Positions 22,924 through 35,296 of a stretch of 64,000 nucleotides of DNA are shown piece after piece (the first letter of the stretch is position 1; every line of letters begins with the position of its first letter). Made by a program: the position numbers and the translations under genes. The notes under the pieces are model-generated. The model was not told the DNA's origin and searched no databases. It saw only the letters and a program-made list of their open reading frames with translations. The DNA comes from Sphaerodactylus townsendi (lineage: Eukaryota), in NCBI RefSeq assembly GCF_021028975.2, contig NC_059425.1, forward strand, positions 111,910,001 through 111,974,000. The letters are read 5' to 3'.

Positions 22924-23071
22924 CTGGAGCCTAAGCGGAGGAGGAGCCAGGGACAGGAAATTAAAAATTTAGGCCTGCCTCCCTAACAGAAGGTTGAGAA
23001 ACACCCAGCGGAGATGGACTCCTAGCCCACCAGGAGAAGGGCCCTTCACGGTAAGTGTCCAATGGACCGTT
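22924..23071 (+). repeat. DIRS right ITR plus right extension
   Basis: Inverted copy of the left ITR, then a 33-bp extension complementary to the ICR. Confidence 0.95.
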
Positions 23072-23114
23072 GTGAACTCCCTGTGGAGTGCTGGCCCCAC
23101 CATTGAACTCCTGC

Positions 23115-23268
23115 CTCTGTATAAGCAGTGGATTGTTATTGACCCATGGGGTGATGTCACATCATAACATTTACTAGTCAAACTTTGTTTATAAATAGCT
23201 TCCCATTTCTTTCTCCAATCATCTACAGTTTATCCTCAGCAAGCTAGATACTCATTTTATCAACCTGG
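23115..23268 (-). mobile_element. Sauria SINE body (its tail appears to lie at ~17538-17562, before the DIRS)
   Basis: gacccatggggtgatgtcacatc...cagcaagctagatactcattttatcaacct; the tail-like aaagtaaatgtagtcccc lies on the other side of the DIRS. Confidence 0.65.
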
Positions 23269-23271
23269 TAC

Positions 23272-23332
23272 ATGGAAACATTAGATGCAAAAAACACTAG
23301 ACCACAGCCCAGAAATCCCACAACAACCAGAA
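23272..23332 (+). mobile_element. Penelope terminal-repeat remnant
   Basis: gaaacattag...agaccacagcccagaaatcccacaacaaccag resembles the reverse complement of 62335-62400. Confidence 0.55.
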
Positions 23333-23779
23333 TTTATGATTTGTCTCTACCATTCAGTTTAGAAAAAGGAAGGCAGCCAATGAACTATCAAGGCCTGTCC
23401 AAATTCAGGATATTCTGCTGAATTAATGTGGGTACTGCCTTTATGTATAGGGCTTGCACTTTCACTGGTTTCAGAAGATTTTTAAATTACATCTTGATAT
23501 CAAGTTTGATTGACCTTGTTTTTCTTTTCCCATTCTTCTACTCCACTTTTTATTTTGGCTTAGAAATAGTCATATGAACTCATCAGTAATGTCTCTACCT
23601 GTTAAAAAAGTCAGTTAAAATAGGAGTTGGTTCATTTGTCACCATTTGTAGCAGTCCCATCAAATAGGAAAGACTTTGCAATAAGTTGCAGAATTTAGCA
23701 CTTTGACCAGCCAATAGAAAAGACATGGATAATACCTGGACAATCTTTCTTTCCCCAGAGAGTCAGTGATGATAGAGCC

Positions 23780-23962
23780 TTAAGAACATAAGAATAAGCC
23801 TGCTGGATCAGACCAGAGTCCATCTAATCCAGCACTCTGCTACTCGCAGTGGCCCACCAGATGCCTTTGGGAGCTCACATGCAGGATGTGAAAGCAATGG
23901 CCTTCTGCTGCTGCTGCTCCCAAGCACCTGATCTGCTAAGGCATTTGCAATCTAAGATCAAA
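23780..23962 (-). mobile_element. CR1 3' UTR fragment
   Basis: Near reverse-complement match to 52800-52990; taagaacataagaa tail. Confidence 0.85.
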
Positions 23963-26835
23963 GATTATGATTATGATGTTGTTTTGATCCAGCACCTTCC
24001 CAAAAAGAATTAAGATTCTTCTCTTTAATATTTGCAACCTGCAAATGCTTTTATAGAGATAATTTTCTGGAAATTCAACTCTATTTTTGTGTGTTTTCCA
24101 AATTAAGAACCCTCAGCTTTTTTCTGAGTATCTAATTTTGAATATCTTGGATATAAAAGTCTCTCTGCTTTTTTTTTGCCCTGGTATAAATGCCACAACA
24201 GTTTACAAAAAAGCAAGGGAGTGAATAGTTGAGCAAAAAGTTTATAACAGTTACAGAGCAAAGAAAAACCAAAATAGGTGATAAATGCAATGATCTCTCT
24301 CTAGGTCTAAAATTTACTCCTCCATTACTGTCCTGTGCTGCCCCCGGCACAGAGCCTCTAACCCCTACTGACCCCCCAAGCACTTCTGGACCCCTCCAGT
24401 CTGGTGCCCCCAACCTAATTTGTCAGGGCTATAGACAGCTATGGGGAAAACCAAACCAAAGAGCAGCGTCCAAGGAAGGTGGCTGCACGAAGATGGAGAT
24501 AGGAGACAAGCTGGCAGCAGGTAAGTGGACAATGCTGCAGCAGCTACACACATTCATCCAGAGTTCTTGCACTGAGGACAAGGCCCAGTGGGGCTGTGGG
24601 GCCAGGAAACAAGTGGCTCTTGCCAGGACACCCACAGGATTTGGCATCTAAGGACAGTGTCAGGGTGGGGCAGAAGGGGGTTGGTGCAGAAGGTGGGACA
24701 CATCAGGGAGAGTCAAGGCTGGAATCCTATCAGAGCCCTGAAGGTAGGGTTCAGAGGTGACCACAGGGATAGGGTTGGCTGTGGAGGAAAAAAGGGGTGA
24801 GAAATCTCCATAAAGAGGGAGAGGTCAAGCCAGGGATGAAGCAGGCAATGGAAACCTATGAAACTGGGTGATCTTCCTGCCAGGGACAGAGAGAGTTGGG
24901 CAAGAATCTTTTCTCCTGCCCATTCTGAGGTGAGCCCCTCTCATCCCAGCCTCGACCACGGGGAGAGGAAGCAGGAGCCTTGGGAAAGATTATTGCTGGC
25001 CAAGAATGCCTCACAATTAATTTGAATTGACTAAGTGTATAATCTGAAAATCATCAGATGCCTGTTTGAAACTTTTATCATAGTTCTTTATTCCTTGTCC
25101 CCACCACTACTATTTATGCAGCTTTGTTCAGTCAAGTCTATATCTCTTTCTCTAGCTATTCCTTTGCAAAATGGAAAATTACAGACCTTTCCTGTGGAAG
25201 GGTTGTTATGAATTTATTACTCAAGACTTCTGTGACCACTGAACAAATCTTTTTTTTTCTTGTTGAAGGCTATACTCTGTTTTACATAAAGGTGTTAGTA
25301 GATTGTGTATCCCTCCACCCTAGAACAAAGCAAGCTTGACCTTCTTTGTTATGGAATGTCCCCCCTGGGCCTAGTGCTTCTGGCCCTGATCTCCTTAACT
25401 GTTTGAAAAGTTGGAAGTAAAAATACATTTTTTTACAAATACAAAAATACATAAATGCTCTTGTATCAAAGTGCCATCTTCAATAATGCACAAAATAATG
25501 GTGCTCTCCTTTCTTACATCTTGGTTAAAATTTTATCCATGTCTTATGAGTTTCTGTTTACAAGTTAGGCAGGATCCCCTCCCTTCAAGTAATTGGAATT
25601 TAAAGCCTGATTAGGGCACGGGCAGGAGGCCAATGCACATCTGAGACCAAAAATAAGCAAAGGAGTTACACATTTTTCCTTAATTCCATGCTTAAGTATG
25701 ATCTAAATTCAGCTAAAGTCTATTAATGTTCTTTGGGGGAGGGGTTCTTTTGTGTTGTGTATGGATGTCCTATTTCTCACCATGAAACAGAATGTACATT
25801 CTCACCTTTGTGGCTTTTACATGCATCATTTCAAGAATGTGCTATTTTTGTATTTTACTCTACAAAGTGCTTCAAGAATAACATTCTGCATTTACATTAC
25901 AGATTTGGCTGAAGGACAGCAGTTTGGGCAGAGTGCTGCAGTGTACTTTGTAGTTGAGTGAAAAGCCAGTGAACTCTGAGTGAATTTGAACGGAACCCCA
26001 ATCTAGGCATTGTCCAGCAGTTTAAGTATTGTTTCACACTGTCTCTTTGTTAAATTCATGTGTGAAAATGGTTGAAGCATTCCTTGTTTTCCAGTAAGCA
26101 AAATCAGTTATAAAAACCCATACTCTGCATACTAGTAAGTGGTGGCTGGTGCCCAGTGGGGCTGATAGGGCAGAGGGCTGGGGACCAGGTGGGTTAGGGT
26201 TGATCAGGATCAAACAATCTCTGATCTTTTGCTCTATCCTTATCCCTTTCAACACTAAGAGCACTCTAGTGCAATAATTAGTTTCTTAACAGCTGTCATT
26301 TAAATGTGCTTAAGAGGAGTCTCTGTCCTTGGTTCAGTATGCTTGTACCGTACTCAGTTCTCTTAAAGGGAGGGGGGTATGGCCTCCACTGCCAGTTCCA
26401 AACACCTTAGAGTTTGGGGTTTTTTTCTGTTTGTGAATTTTTTTTAAAGTCCCTGTCTGGCAAACAATGAAAGATTGGGAAGGCATGGCAGACAGCTGCC
26501 AGTGACAGTGTGACATCACTTTTGGGGAAAAAAACCTTCTTCCACTCAAGACATGAACTATTTGATCATACCATTCAGTCTTACCCTCTTGTATAGGCAG
26601 ATGATAAACTGTTATTGCTAGATTACCATAAATGTATGTGGTTTTTTACAGAAGAAAAATTGAGGAGGAAGATTCCTCATACTATCTAATGGTGGAAGGA
26701 TGAAATATTCACAGTGTAATTCTAAGTAGGTTGTTGACTAAAAAGTAAATCCAGTTGAGCTCAATGGATCTTATTAGTGAATGCGCTTAGGACTTCAGTA
26801 TTTGTACACTATATATATAGAGAAACAGACTATAT

Positions 26836-26958
26836 CCATGGTGGCGAACCTATGGCACTCCAGATGTTCATGAACTACAATTCCCATCAGCCCCTGGCAG
26901 GGGCTGATGGGAATTGTAGTCCACGAACATCTGGAGTGCCATAGGTTTGCCACCACTG
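26836..26958. mobile_element. Palindromic hAT MITE (CAGTGGTGGCGAACC-ended variant)
   Basis: Hairpin with the same core as the other MITEs; TSD GACTATAT/GCCTATAT. Confidence 0.88.
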
Positions 26959-29900
26959 GCCTATATGGTTGGACACATGCATACACATCCTTATTGCACC
27001 AGAACAAAAAAGCAAAAAAAAATTGCTGCCATATTTCTAGATAAAGTATTCTTGCTTTAGCAGGAAAAGCACAGTAAAAAGTCAGCTCTGCTTAGATCAT
27101 CATGGGATCACTTTACGTGAACCTACCCAAAAGCCTGCATCAAATAATAGATCAAGTCAGCGACCCTTACCTTCATCTATAGCATAAAAGTCATATCAGA
27201 CCCTCCATCAGATACTACTACCATTAGAAGCTGGGTATCAAGTTCTGTTTCCTGTGTGAGTCTCTGGTCAGTTATTTCCACAAGAGTTAATTGGCCAATG
27301 CAAACCTTTTCATATTTGCAATATACCTCACTCTGTTTTTCTAGATTTTTCCAAGAGCAGCCACAGGATGTGCCCTGGAAAAAGGTTCTGAATCTTTAAG
27401 AGAAATGTGGTGGAAAAGTCCTCTAGCTATGAGTGTAGGAAGGAACTTAGCTAAGGTCCAGGAAGACTAGGATTGTTTAAGGAGGGAGGTGACAGCCTGC
27501 AAGTTTTGGCTAATAGTCAGGGGCGGAACAAGGGGGAACTGCACCCGGGGCACATGTGCATCCTGCCATGCCCCGTCTGTCCCCGCCGTGGAATGCCCCT
27601 GCCATGCCTCCAGAATGCCCTTGCCACATCCCTGCATGTCTGGTGTGTCGTGAACCCCCCCCCCCATCCCCTTGGTGCTACACTACTGCTGATAGTAAGT
27701 CTGGGATGGCCATTTCCTTCTGCCCTATTGTTACTGTTAAGGAAGCAAGGAACTGAAGTTGGTGAGGCCCTGTCTTCTTTTTCTTAATGTTGTATCTGCC
27801 CTGATACGAATTGCTCCTGTAGTAAGGGGAAATTTTTAAAATTGGTGGTTTGTATGAATATCTAGTTTTGTGATGGTTCCCTGGCCCTCAATAGTGGTTT
27901 TTGGAAGGGGCTACAGTATTAACTGGGAAGAGAGCATGGATCTTTGCCATGAGCAAAGATCAGTTTTGTGGGTCTTTAGGCATAACTTGAATAATGTACA
28001 AAATTTGCCTTAGAATGCAAAATTTCTGTAAAATAGCACAACCTTTCCTGTTTATGTAGCTGTTTTTGTATGTTTTTCTGAATAAGAGCTTCAAAAGAAT
28101 ACAGCTTGAATTAGATTAGGTCCATTTTATGCTCCTAGCAAAAGCATTTCTCTTGGCCAGTAGAAACCATGTGTACATTTAAAAAGATTAAATGCTCTGT
28201 ACCAAATCAGAAATGCATATGTCTGAGTAGTTTCCTTGGTTCGTTACTTGGACTGAAAGTGTCAGCACTGTAAGATTAAAACCTTCATTTACTACTAATG
28301 TTTCTAGTAAATGTTCTACTTTTAAATTTGAAACTGCAGATCTGGCTATAAAACAGACCCATTTGTTTTTCATTCACAGACTTAGTGATTTAAGGTGGTT
28401 AAACTCTTGAGCATTGCTAAGCAACATACATGTCTATTGTTTGCACAGAGCTATCACTATGAATTATGATCTATTAACTTATATGGGTAGGGTGTTTTTA
28501 CAAGCCTGTCAGAAGAGTAATTGGATCCAGACTGCTTAATATTCTGTGCAGGGAGAGGGCATGTTGCATAAATGCGGGTTTGGAGTTAGTTTTATTTCTT
28601 TGTCAAGTTGCAAGTCTCTCCAGATGACCATTGTACATATTTTCTTTTGAAGTCCAGCTGTGGTTTAATGTTTTCTGGTACTTCACAATCTTTCTGTATA
28701 CCAAATCTGAAGTCATACTCCTGCAAATCAGTCCCCAGACTAAAACTGTGGATGGTGATGGACTTATTAGCAGGTTTGCATGTAACCCTTTCATGCCATA
28801 CGAAGTGCATGGACAGATCTTGGATTTTTGCAAACATGTCATGACGCACACGCACAAATTGAGACATGTCTCCTCTTTCTGGGTGGCTGAAAATAGTGTG
28901 TGTTCCGGATAGCATAGGTAACTGGTAAGGCACCTCATGGTATCTCTTGCAAAAATGCCTGTTTCAAAGATTAAAGTTGTTCCAGCACAGGAAACCTTTG
29001 TCATCTACCAAGTGACCAGTTCTTGAAAGGAATTTAAGATGGTTCTTTTCTCTGAGTCTGTGTTGGTGCTTTTCTGCTCCTGTGAAATGCTACTGCTTTT
29101 CGTTATTTTTTTCTGGAACCAGCTTTTTGTGATGAAAAAGGTGCTGGCATAAGGGAGGAGTATTCAAGGAGGATCCACATGATCCTTCTGTTCATGCCTT
29201 GTATGATCCAACCCATAATGTGAGAACTATGTTGTTTATATTAAAACAGTGAGCACAGATAGTAACTATCACTTTGTTAAGGTTTCTTCCTTTTTCTGTT
29301 TTTTTAAAGTGGGTCACTTTGTTGCAAGGAAAGAGAGATGAATTTAAAATTTGCTTAGTTGCCACTTTCTCTGGATGTTATTAAGATCCTAGTATTGTAT
29401 AGCAGTTACAATTCAGTTCTCTACATTATGGGGAGAAAAAAGAGAGCGATCTATGACTCCATTGTTGAAGGTGTTCTTTCTCTCTTGGAACCTTCACATT
29501 CTGCTCTTGGCCTTTTATGACTACAAAATTGGATGGAATTTCTTGTTTGGGAATGTTTGCATTTGTCTGAGTGATTACATTGTTGATAAACAATAAGGTT
29601 GGGTCATTTGAGGAAGGAAGCATTAAATACAGATCTCTTGATACTTAATGTACATGGCTACGTGTGACAGTCTGATAGATTAATATGGGATCACTGACAA
29701 AGAGCGGCTAAGATTTACCTTGGCTGCCGTTGCTGTCCAGGGGTGGGGCAGGAAGAGGGATAAGCTCAGCACCGGCATCCAGCCCAGCGTGGGGCTGGGC
29801 TGCCCAGCTGCCGGCTCAAGTGAATGATGTGCCTGGAGGAGGTGGGGCTGTGATGGCAGGCTGGGCCATCCTGTGCCTCTTCTCATCCGAGCTCCGATGG

Positions 29901-32900
29901 CTTTTCTTCTGTCTCCCTCATGTCACCTGGCAGCTGTTTATCAGGCCACATGGAGCAGAAAAAAACAACTTTTTAGCTTAGTTCCTCTAGGCAATGGAAG
30001 GAGGCCTGAATTGAACAAGATAGCAGCAGCAGACTTTCAGCAGCAAGTGATTGGGAATTGGTGGATTGGGTCCAGTACAATCTTGAGCGGCACACAAGGG
30101 AGGACGACAAGGGGCCTGCTGCATTAGGCCCAGTGGTAACAAGGATCCCTCCCTTTTCTTTTTGGAGCTTGAGCAGGAGATTCAAGGGAAAAGAGCAAAG
30201 AAACTGCAGCGGGGGAAGGAGCGCTGCGTAGCATGGGCAGTAGGGGCAGCCCACGCAAGTACCCCCTAGGCCACAGGCAGCACCAGGCATCGTAAGAGCA
30301 GGGGCTAGCAGCGGCACCAAGGGTGGAAGAAGCACAACTGACCCAGCATGGGCTGCACTACACACATTCTCGAGGGGCCCTCTACCATCTAGTGGGGATG
30401 GGGGAGCCTGCCCAGCTCAAAGCCCAAGGGTCGCTCTGCACAGGTCCCTGTGGTATGATCCCCCAGCGGGAAGAAGAGGGCCTCCCTTAGTCGGGGGGGG
30501 GGGCGGAGGAGGAGCAGCACCAGCCAAGGTTTCCAGGGCCTCTGGGCCCAGTGGCGTCCCTGTGAGTGGCCACCAGTTAGAGATCTTGGGGGATGGGATC
30601 AGTTGGCAACCATCAGCCAGCTCCAAGATGCTTGGGCCCCAGGTGCCTGGTGTCCAGTTACGGGGGTGGCCCACAGCAACCAAGTTAAGTTGAGGGCCTT
30701 TCCAGCAGCATCTGGGGGGAACTGGAGCAACAGGCCCCACCCCAATCACCCACTGGCGGGTGGACTTTGGGCCCCCTAGCAACAGGGCAGGTGGCAGGCC
30801 AAATGGCCAAGTCAGTATGCCTGGGCCAGCCCCTATCTGGCATGCCACAGCTCATGTGTCAACAAGAAGGGGACGAGCATATGACTTCACCAGTCCAAGA
30901 CAGACCAGTACCTGTGTGGGACCATGGGGGTCCTTAGGGGTTCCCCCTCAGCATTGCCCTGTCCATTTAGGCACACGACCTTTCCATCTGGCTGTGGCCA
31001 AATTTTATTCACTCAGTGGGGTTTTCTGTGTCTCCTTCTGCACCCTCGGACTGCTTCCTCCCCTTCTCGTGCTGCAAATACTCGTATGGTTCTCTCTCTG
31101 GCAATCAGTACCTATTTGTATGAGGAGATCCCTTCCTTTCTATGCCAACATCCAACAACATTTTTTTAAAATAGCCTTTTCAGTCATTAAAGCATTTTCT
31201 CACAACTCAACTTTAAATAAGTCTAGCTCATAGCAGCAAGCACCTTTTAAATTTGTGTCATCTTCATTCCTTTTTACCAGAGATGAATGTCAAAATGCTA
31301 TAACTGCCCCAGGCAGAGGTAAGTCTATGAGGTTGTCTGAGTTGGGTCCCTTGACTTTTTACTCATTGCATTTTAGCTGACATTTTACTTTTTAGTATTC
31401 TGTACTTCAGCAGCTCCTTGATAGTTTTAACCCTGAGGCCAAGAGACATTGTTTCCAAAATTGGAATGACACTTTTTTTCCTCAGCTAATCACTGGAGAC
31501 TGCTGGTGAGAGATGCTTATATCTGTTATTTTACAGTGCCAGTGTGTGTCATTGTGGTGCGGGTTGGAGTTGGCAGCAAGCTTTTATATTCATGCTTGTG
31601 GATAAACTATGAAATATGCTAATCTAACCTAGAGCAATGGACCTCAGGACTTCTCAAATTCTCTTTCCTAAACTTCTGCTAATATGTGACTTCACAGCTT
31701 TCCATGTGAATGTGTGATATATGTAACTATCCTTTATCAGAACTTGTGATCCAAGTGACTGATTCTACCTATCAATATTTTTCAGTCTGTCATCAGCATT
31801 ACATGAAATGCCTTCTGTTTCAGGTACAAAGAGTGTGTTCTTTTTTTCTTCACCCTCTCCATTTTGCTATCCGTTATAGCACTGTTGAATGGAATAATCC
31901 AAATATGAAGTGATCATTTAAGTACCAGGAATGGAGTAGCAATGACATGTCCATTAATTAATCTGATTTGATTCTACTGGTCTACCTGAGAATAGAAATA
32001 TTGTTCATGGATTGGTATCATTAACCAGAAAAGTATAGTGACAGACAGAATACATGAAGTTTAACTATCAAGCAAGCGGCGGGGGGTGGGTGGGTGTTCT
32101 AATTCTAATCCCTAGCCAGGCTCCTTTGTGTTCTTTTAGTATTAAAACTATTTTTTTCTTTTTACATTTGGGGATTAATGGATCCAGAAACTCAGCTTTA
32201 AGAAATATCAGAAATGCCGAGGAGATTCAATTGTGAACAAACCTTTGTGTCAGGAAATGTGTCTGTGATATCACTGTGTCACCAGCAAGATAGTAACTCA
32301 GAGGCAGCATGCGAAGCATGTATGGGTAATTTTGAGCCTAGAGGTTAGGTATAGGGGATTTTAATTTCTAACACTTCCAGTTATGACATGTCTTTGCTTT
32401 TTGTGGAATCAACTTTTACAATATAAACCAACAAGAGAGAGGCTACTTAGCAGCAAGCCCAGATACCATGAAAAGTATTTATTTTCCCTACTTATTATGG
32501 ACAGGGTAATTCCTACTTACAGCTGACATTTGAATGAAGAAAATGGGCATATTTATGATACAGATGTATGAAAATGTTGTATCTAGTTATAATGACAGGT
32601 TTGAGAAGTGTGGCCTGCATGTCCAGCACTTTACCACAGACTATGTCATATTGAGATGGCCTAAATATAAATTAATGTTTAAAAGTTTTAATTTCCCAAA
32701 TATTAACTAATAAAGTTTTGAGAGAAGTAAGAGAATGAACTGGAAATCCCAGTTCAGATATCTCCCTCCCGCAAGTGGTTGGGTTTTTTTGGCTGAAACA
32801 TAAATTTACTTAAAAATAGATAAATGTGTTTGACAGATAGGTATTAGTGAAGTTTAGTGCAACTGTCAACATAATTTTTTTTTTATCAGTGCTGTATAGG

Positions 32901-33684
32901 CAACATATGTTGCGGCCAGCCAACTTGATTAGATGGCAACTCTAAGCATACTGGGAGCACTGCCTGACTTTCAACTGAGCATGTTGTACCTGTACCCTCC
33001 TGTGTACATTTCTCCTAGAATTTGTGTACATCTGGATTGCTGTGCTCATACTTAGGAAAATGTGCATAGGCAAGAGATAGGTGTCTTGAGTTCATGGTTT
33101 ATATTTTTAATAGACTTTGGTTAACAGGGAACATTTAATGTAACAAATAGTGAGCTTTGAAAGCCAAAGTATGGATTTAATCCTTTTTTTAAACATTCTC
33201 TTCTGTGCCATATTTCCAATGCATGATGTAGCAGTTTATTAAATATTGATTTTTATACAGTCTTAAACAGGTTTTATTGTTTGGGGGTTATTGCAGTTTA
33301 TGAAGCATTTTCTTTATATTTCTTTCTATTTCATCAGTTTGATTCGTCACTCTGCTGTTGAGTTTAGTAAAACTAAGAAAATAGCTTAGTGTTGTATATC
33401 TGAGGCTGTCTGCAATTGCAAACTGAAGTATTTTTGTATATGTGTAGTGACAGGGAATACAAGCTCCAGGACCCATGCTGACCACTGAAATAATTTGCAT
33501 TTTTGTCTTGATGAATGTAAACTGAAAAGCTTCTTTTTCATTCTTTCCCCAAGAGGGTTTTTTGTACTAACTTAGTAAACTGAGTTGCTTTTCAATTACC
33601 CCTATTTGTTGTTGCAAAAATTAAAATAATCTGCAGCTGATGTTGAATGGGATGGGTTGCCTGAATCCACTGTGATTTGTCTAC

Positions 33685-33828
33685 AAGCCTAACCTACCTC
33701 ACAGGGTGTTTGTTGTGAGGGGAGAAGGGAAAGGAGTTTGTAAGCCCCTTTGAGTCTCCTTGCAGGAGAGAAAGGGGGGATATAAATCCAACTTCCTCCT
33801 CCTCCTCCTCCTCCTCCTCCCTCCTCCT
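33685..33828 (+). mobile_element. Squam3-like SINE 3' fragment with (CCT)n tail
   Basis: cctacctcacagggtg...gtaagcccctttgagtctcc...ataaatccaa followed by (CCT)n. Confidence 0.8.
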
Positions 33829-35172
33829 CGTGGTTTTGCTCTTAAGATCCAGAAGGAGGTGGTAGGAAAACTGAGCTCTACTTGCAGGAGTTCTTGAGAG
33901 TTCCAGAGGGTTCTTTTCTAACCTTTCAGCTACATGATATGTCTTGGGAAAATGTCATTACTATGCTGATGAGTCTCTAGGTTATTTCTGCTTTTCCACT
34001 TAAACCAATGCGCCAGTAAAAGTGAGCTTGTGTGGCATAGTAGTTTGCTGAACTAGAATGTGGAAGATCCAAGTTTAAATCCTTCACTCAGCCATGAAGA
34101 TTGTTGTCACTTTCTGTCAGCTTAATCTACCTCAGAGGTAGTGTTGTGAGGATAAAGTAGACAAATACTGTCCTGAATTCCTTGCATATTAAATCTAATA
34201 AAGCAAACACACAAATAAACAAATGGTGGGAATTGTTCCTCCTGCAGTGAACATTTTATTGTTATGGATGTGCACAGATATGATTCAACTAAACTTTTAA
34301 CCACATTTGAAATTAATAGCATTTTCTTCATGGCTGGAATCCCAGGGAACATGCAGTATTGTGACATAAACAAAAAGGAAATGTTTATGCTTTCCCAACT
34401 TCAGCCTCCCACATTCTCTAATAAAACTGCATCCCAGGGCAATCTAAGTGTCAGTGTGGAGCAGTGGTTAGAGTGTCAGGCTAGGACTTCACTCTGCCAT
34501 GGAAACTTGCCAGGTCTCTCAGCCTAATCTACCTCACATGGTCATATAAATGTATGAGAAAATTGTTTATGTGATTTGTTAGATCTCAGACAATATAATT
34601 TCATTTTTAAAAAATCTTAAAGGAAATTATTATTTAATCACACTGAGACTAACAAAGCAACCTGCTTATAAAAAGACAATTCTACTGAAGGGGATTGTGA
34701 CTGACCCTCTCATTGAAGTGTGACACACAGGATAATTCATTGCTACAGATTTTTAAGGCTAGTTTGAAATTGCTTGTGAGGAGTAGCTAGGTTTTGATCA
34801 GAAAATGCGAATTAATGTTGGCACCAATGTAATCAGTTTCCGATAAGACTATTTGACATTCTCCACTGATCATCTTGAAACAGAAACAAGCAGACATAGA
34901 TTAAATGGGCTTTGCAAACTGTGCAGTAAAGCTGAGATCCTGTTGCATACTTATGTTGAGCAAAATATTAATCCCTTTCATCCTCAGTGCAGTGCTGATG
35001 AAGATGTGACTTGCAAACAAACAATACACTAAAAGAGTCAATTTCTAGTTTCTTTTCTGCCATCGCTAATCAGGATATGAGCAAATTTTTCCACAGTAAG
35101 AAGTTTGGCCAAACTTGTCTAAAATGCTTTTGACATCCTTCAACGGTACATTGGTACAACGGTACACTAGAC

Positions 35173-35296
35173 CAGGGGTCTGCAACCTGCGGCTCTCCAG
35201 ATGTTCATGAACTACAATTTCCATGGCCATGCTAACAGGGGCTGATGGGAATTGTAGTTCATGAACATCTGGAGAGCCGCAGGTTGCAGACCCCTG
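35173..35296. mobile_element. Palindromic hAT MITE
   Basis: TIR CAGGGGTCTGCAACC; perfect 8-bp TSD CACTAGAC (35165-35172, 35297-35304). Confidence 0.93.

Larger units (their letters stand above)
17637..23071 (+). mobile_element. Full-length DIRS1-type tyrosine-recombinase retrotransposon (5435 bp)
   Basis: Left ITR 17637-17748, right ITR 22924-23038 plus right extension 23039-23071, ICR 22580-22670, gag, RT/RH/MT and YR ORFs; TT at both ends and no TSD. Confidence 0.97.

Noticed and set aside
22368-22934. 188-aa ORF downstream of the YR stop
   Set aside because: It is an off-frame reading across the YR tail, ICR and 3' UTR; the real YR continues in the ORF3 frame to 22542.
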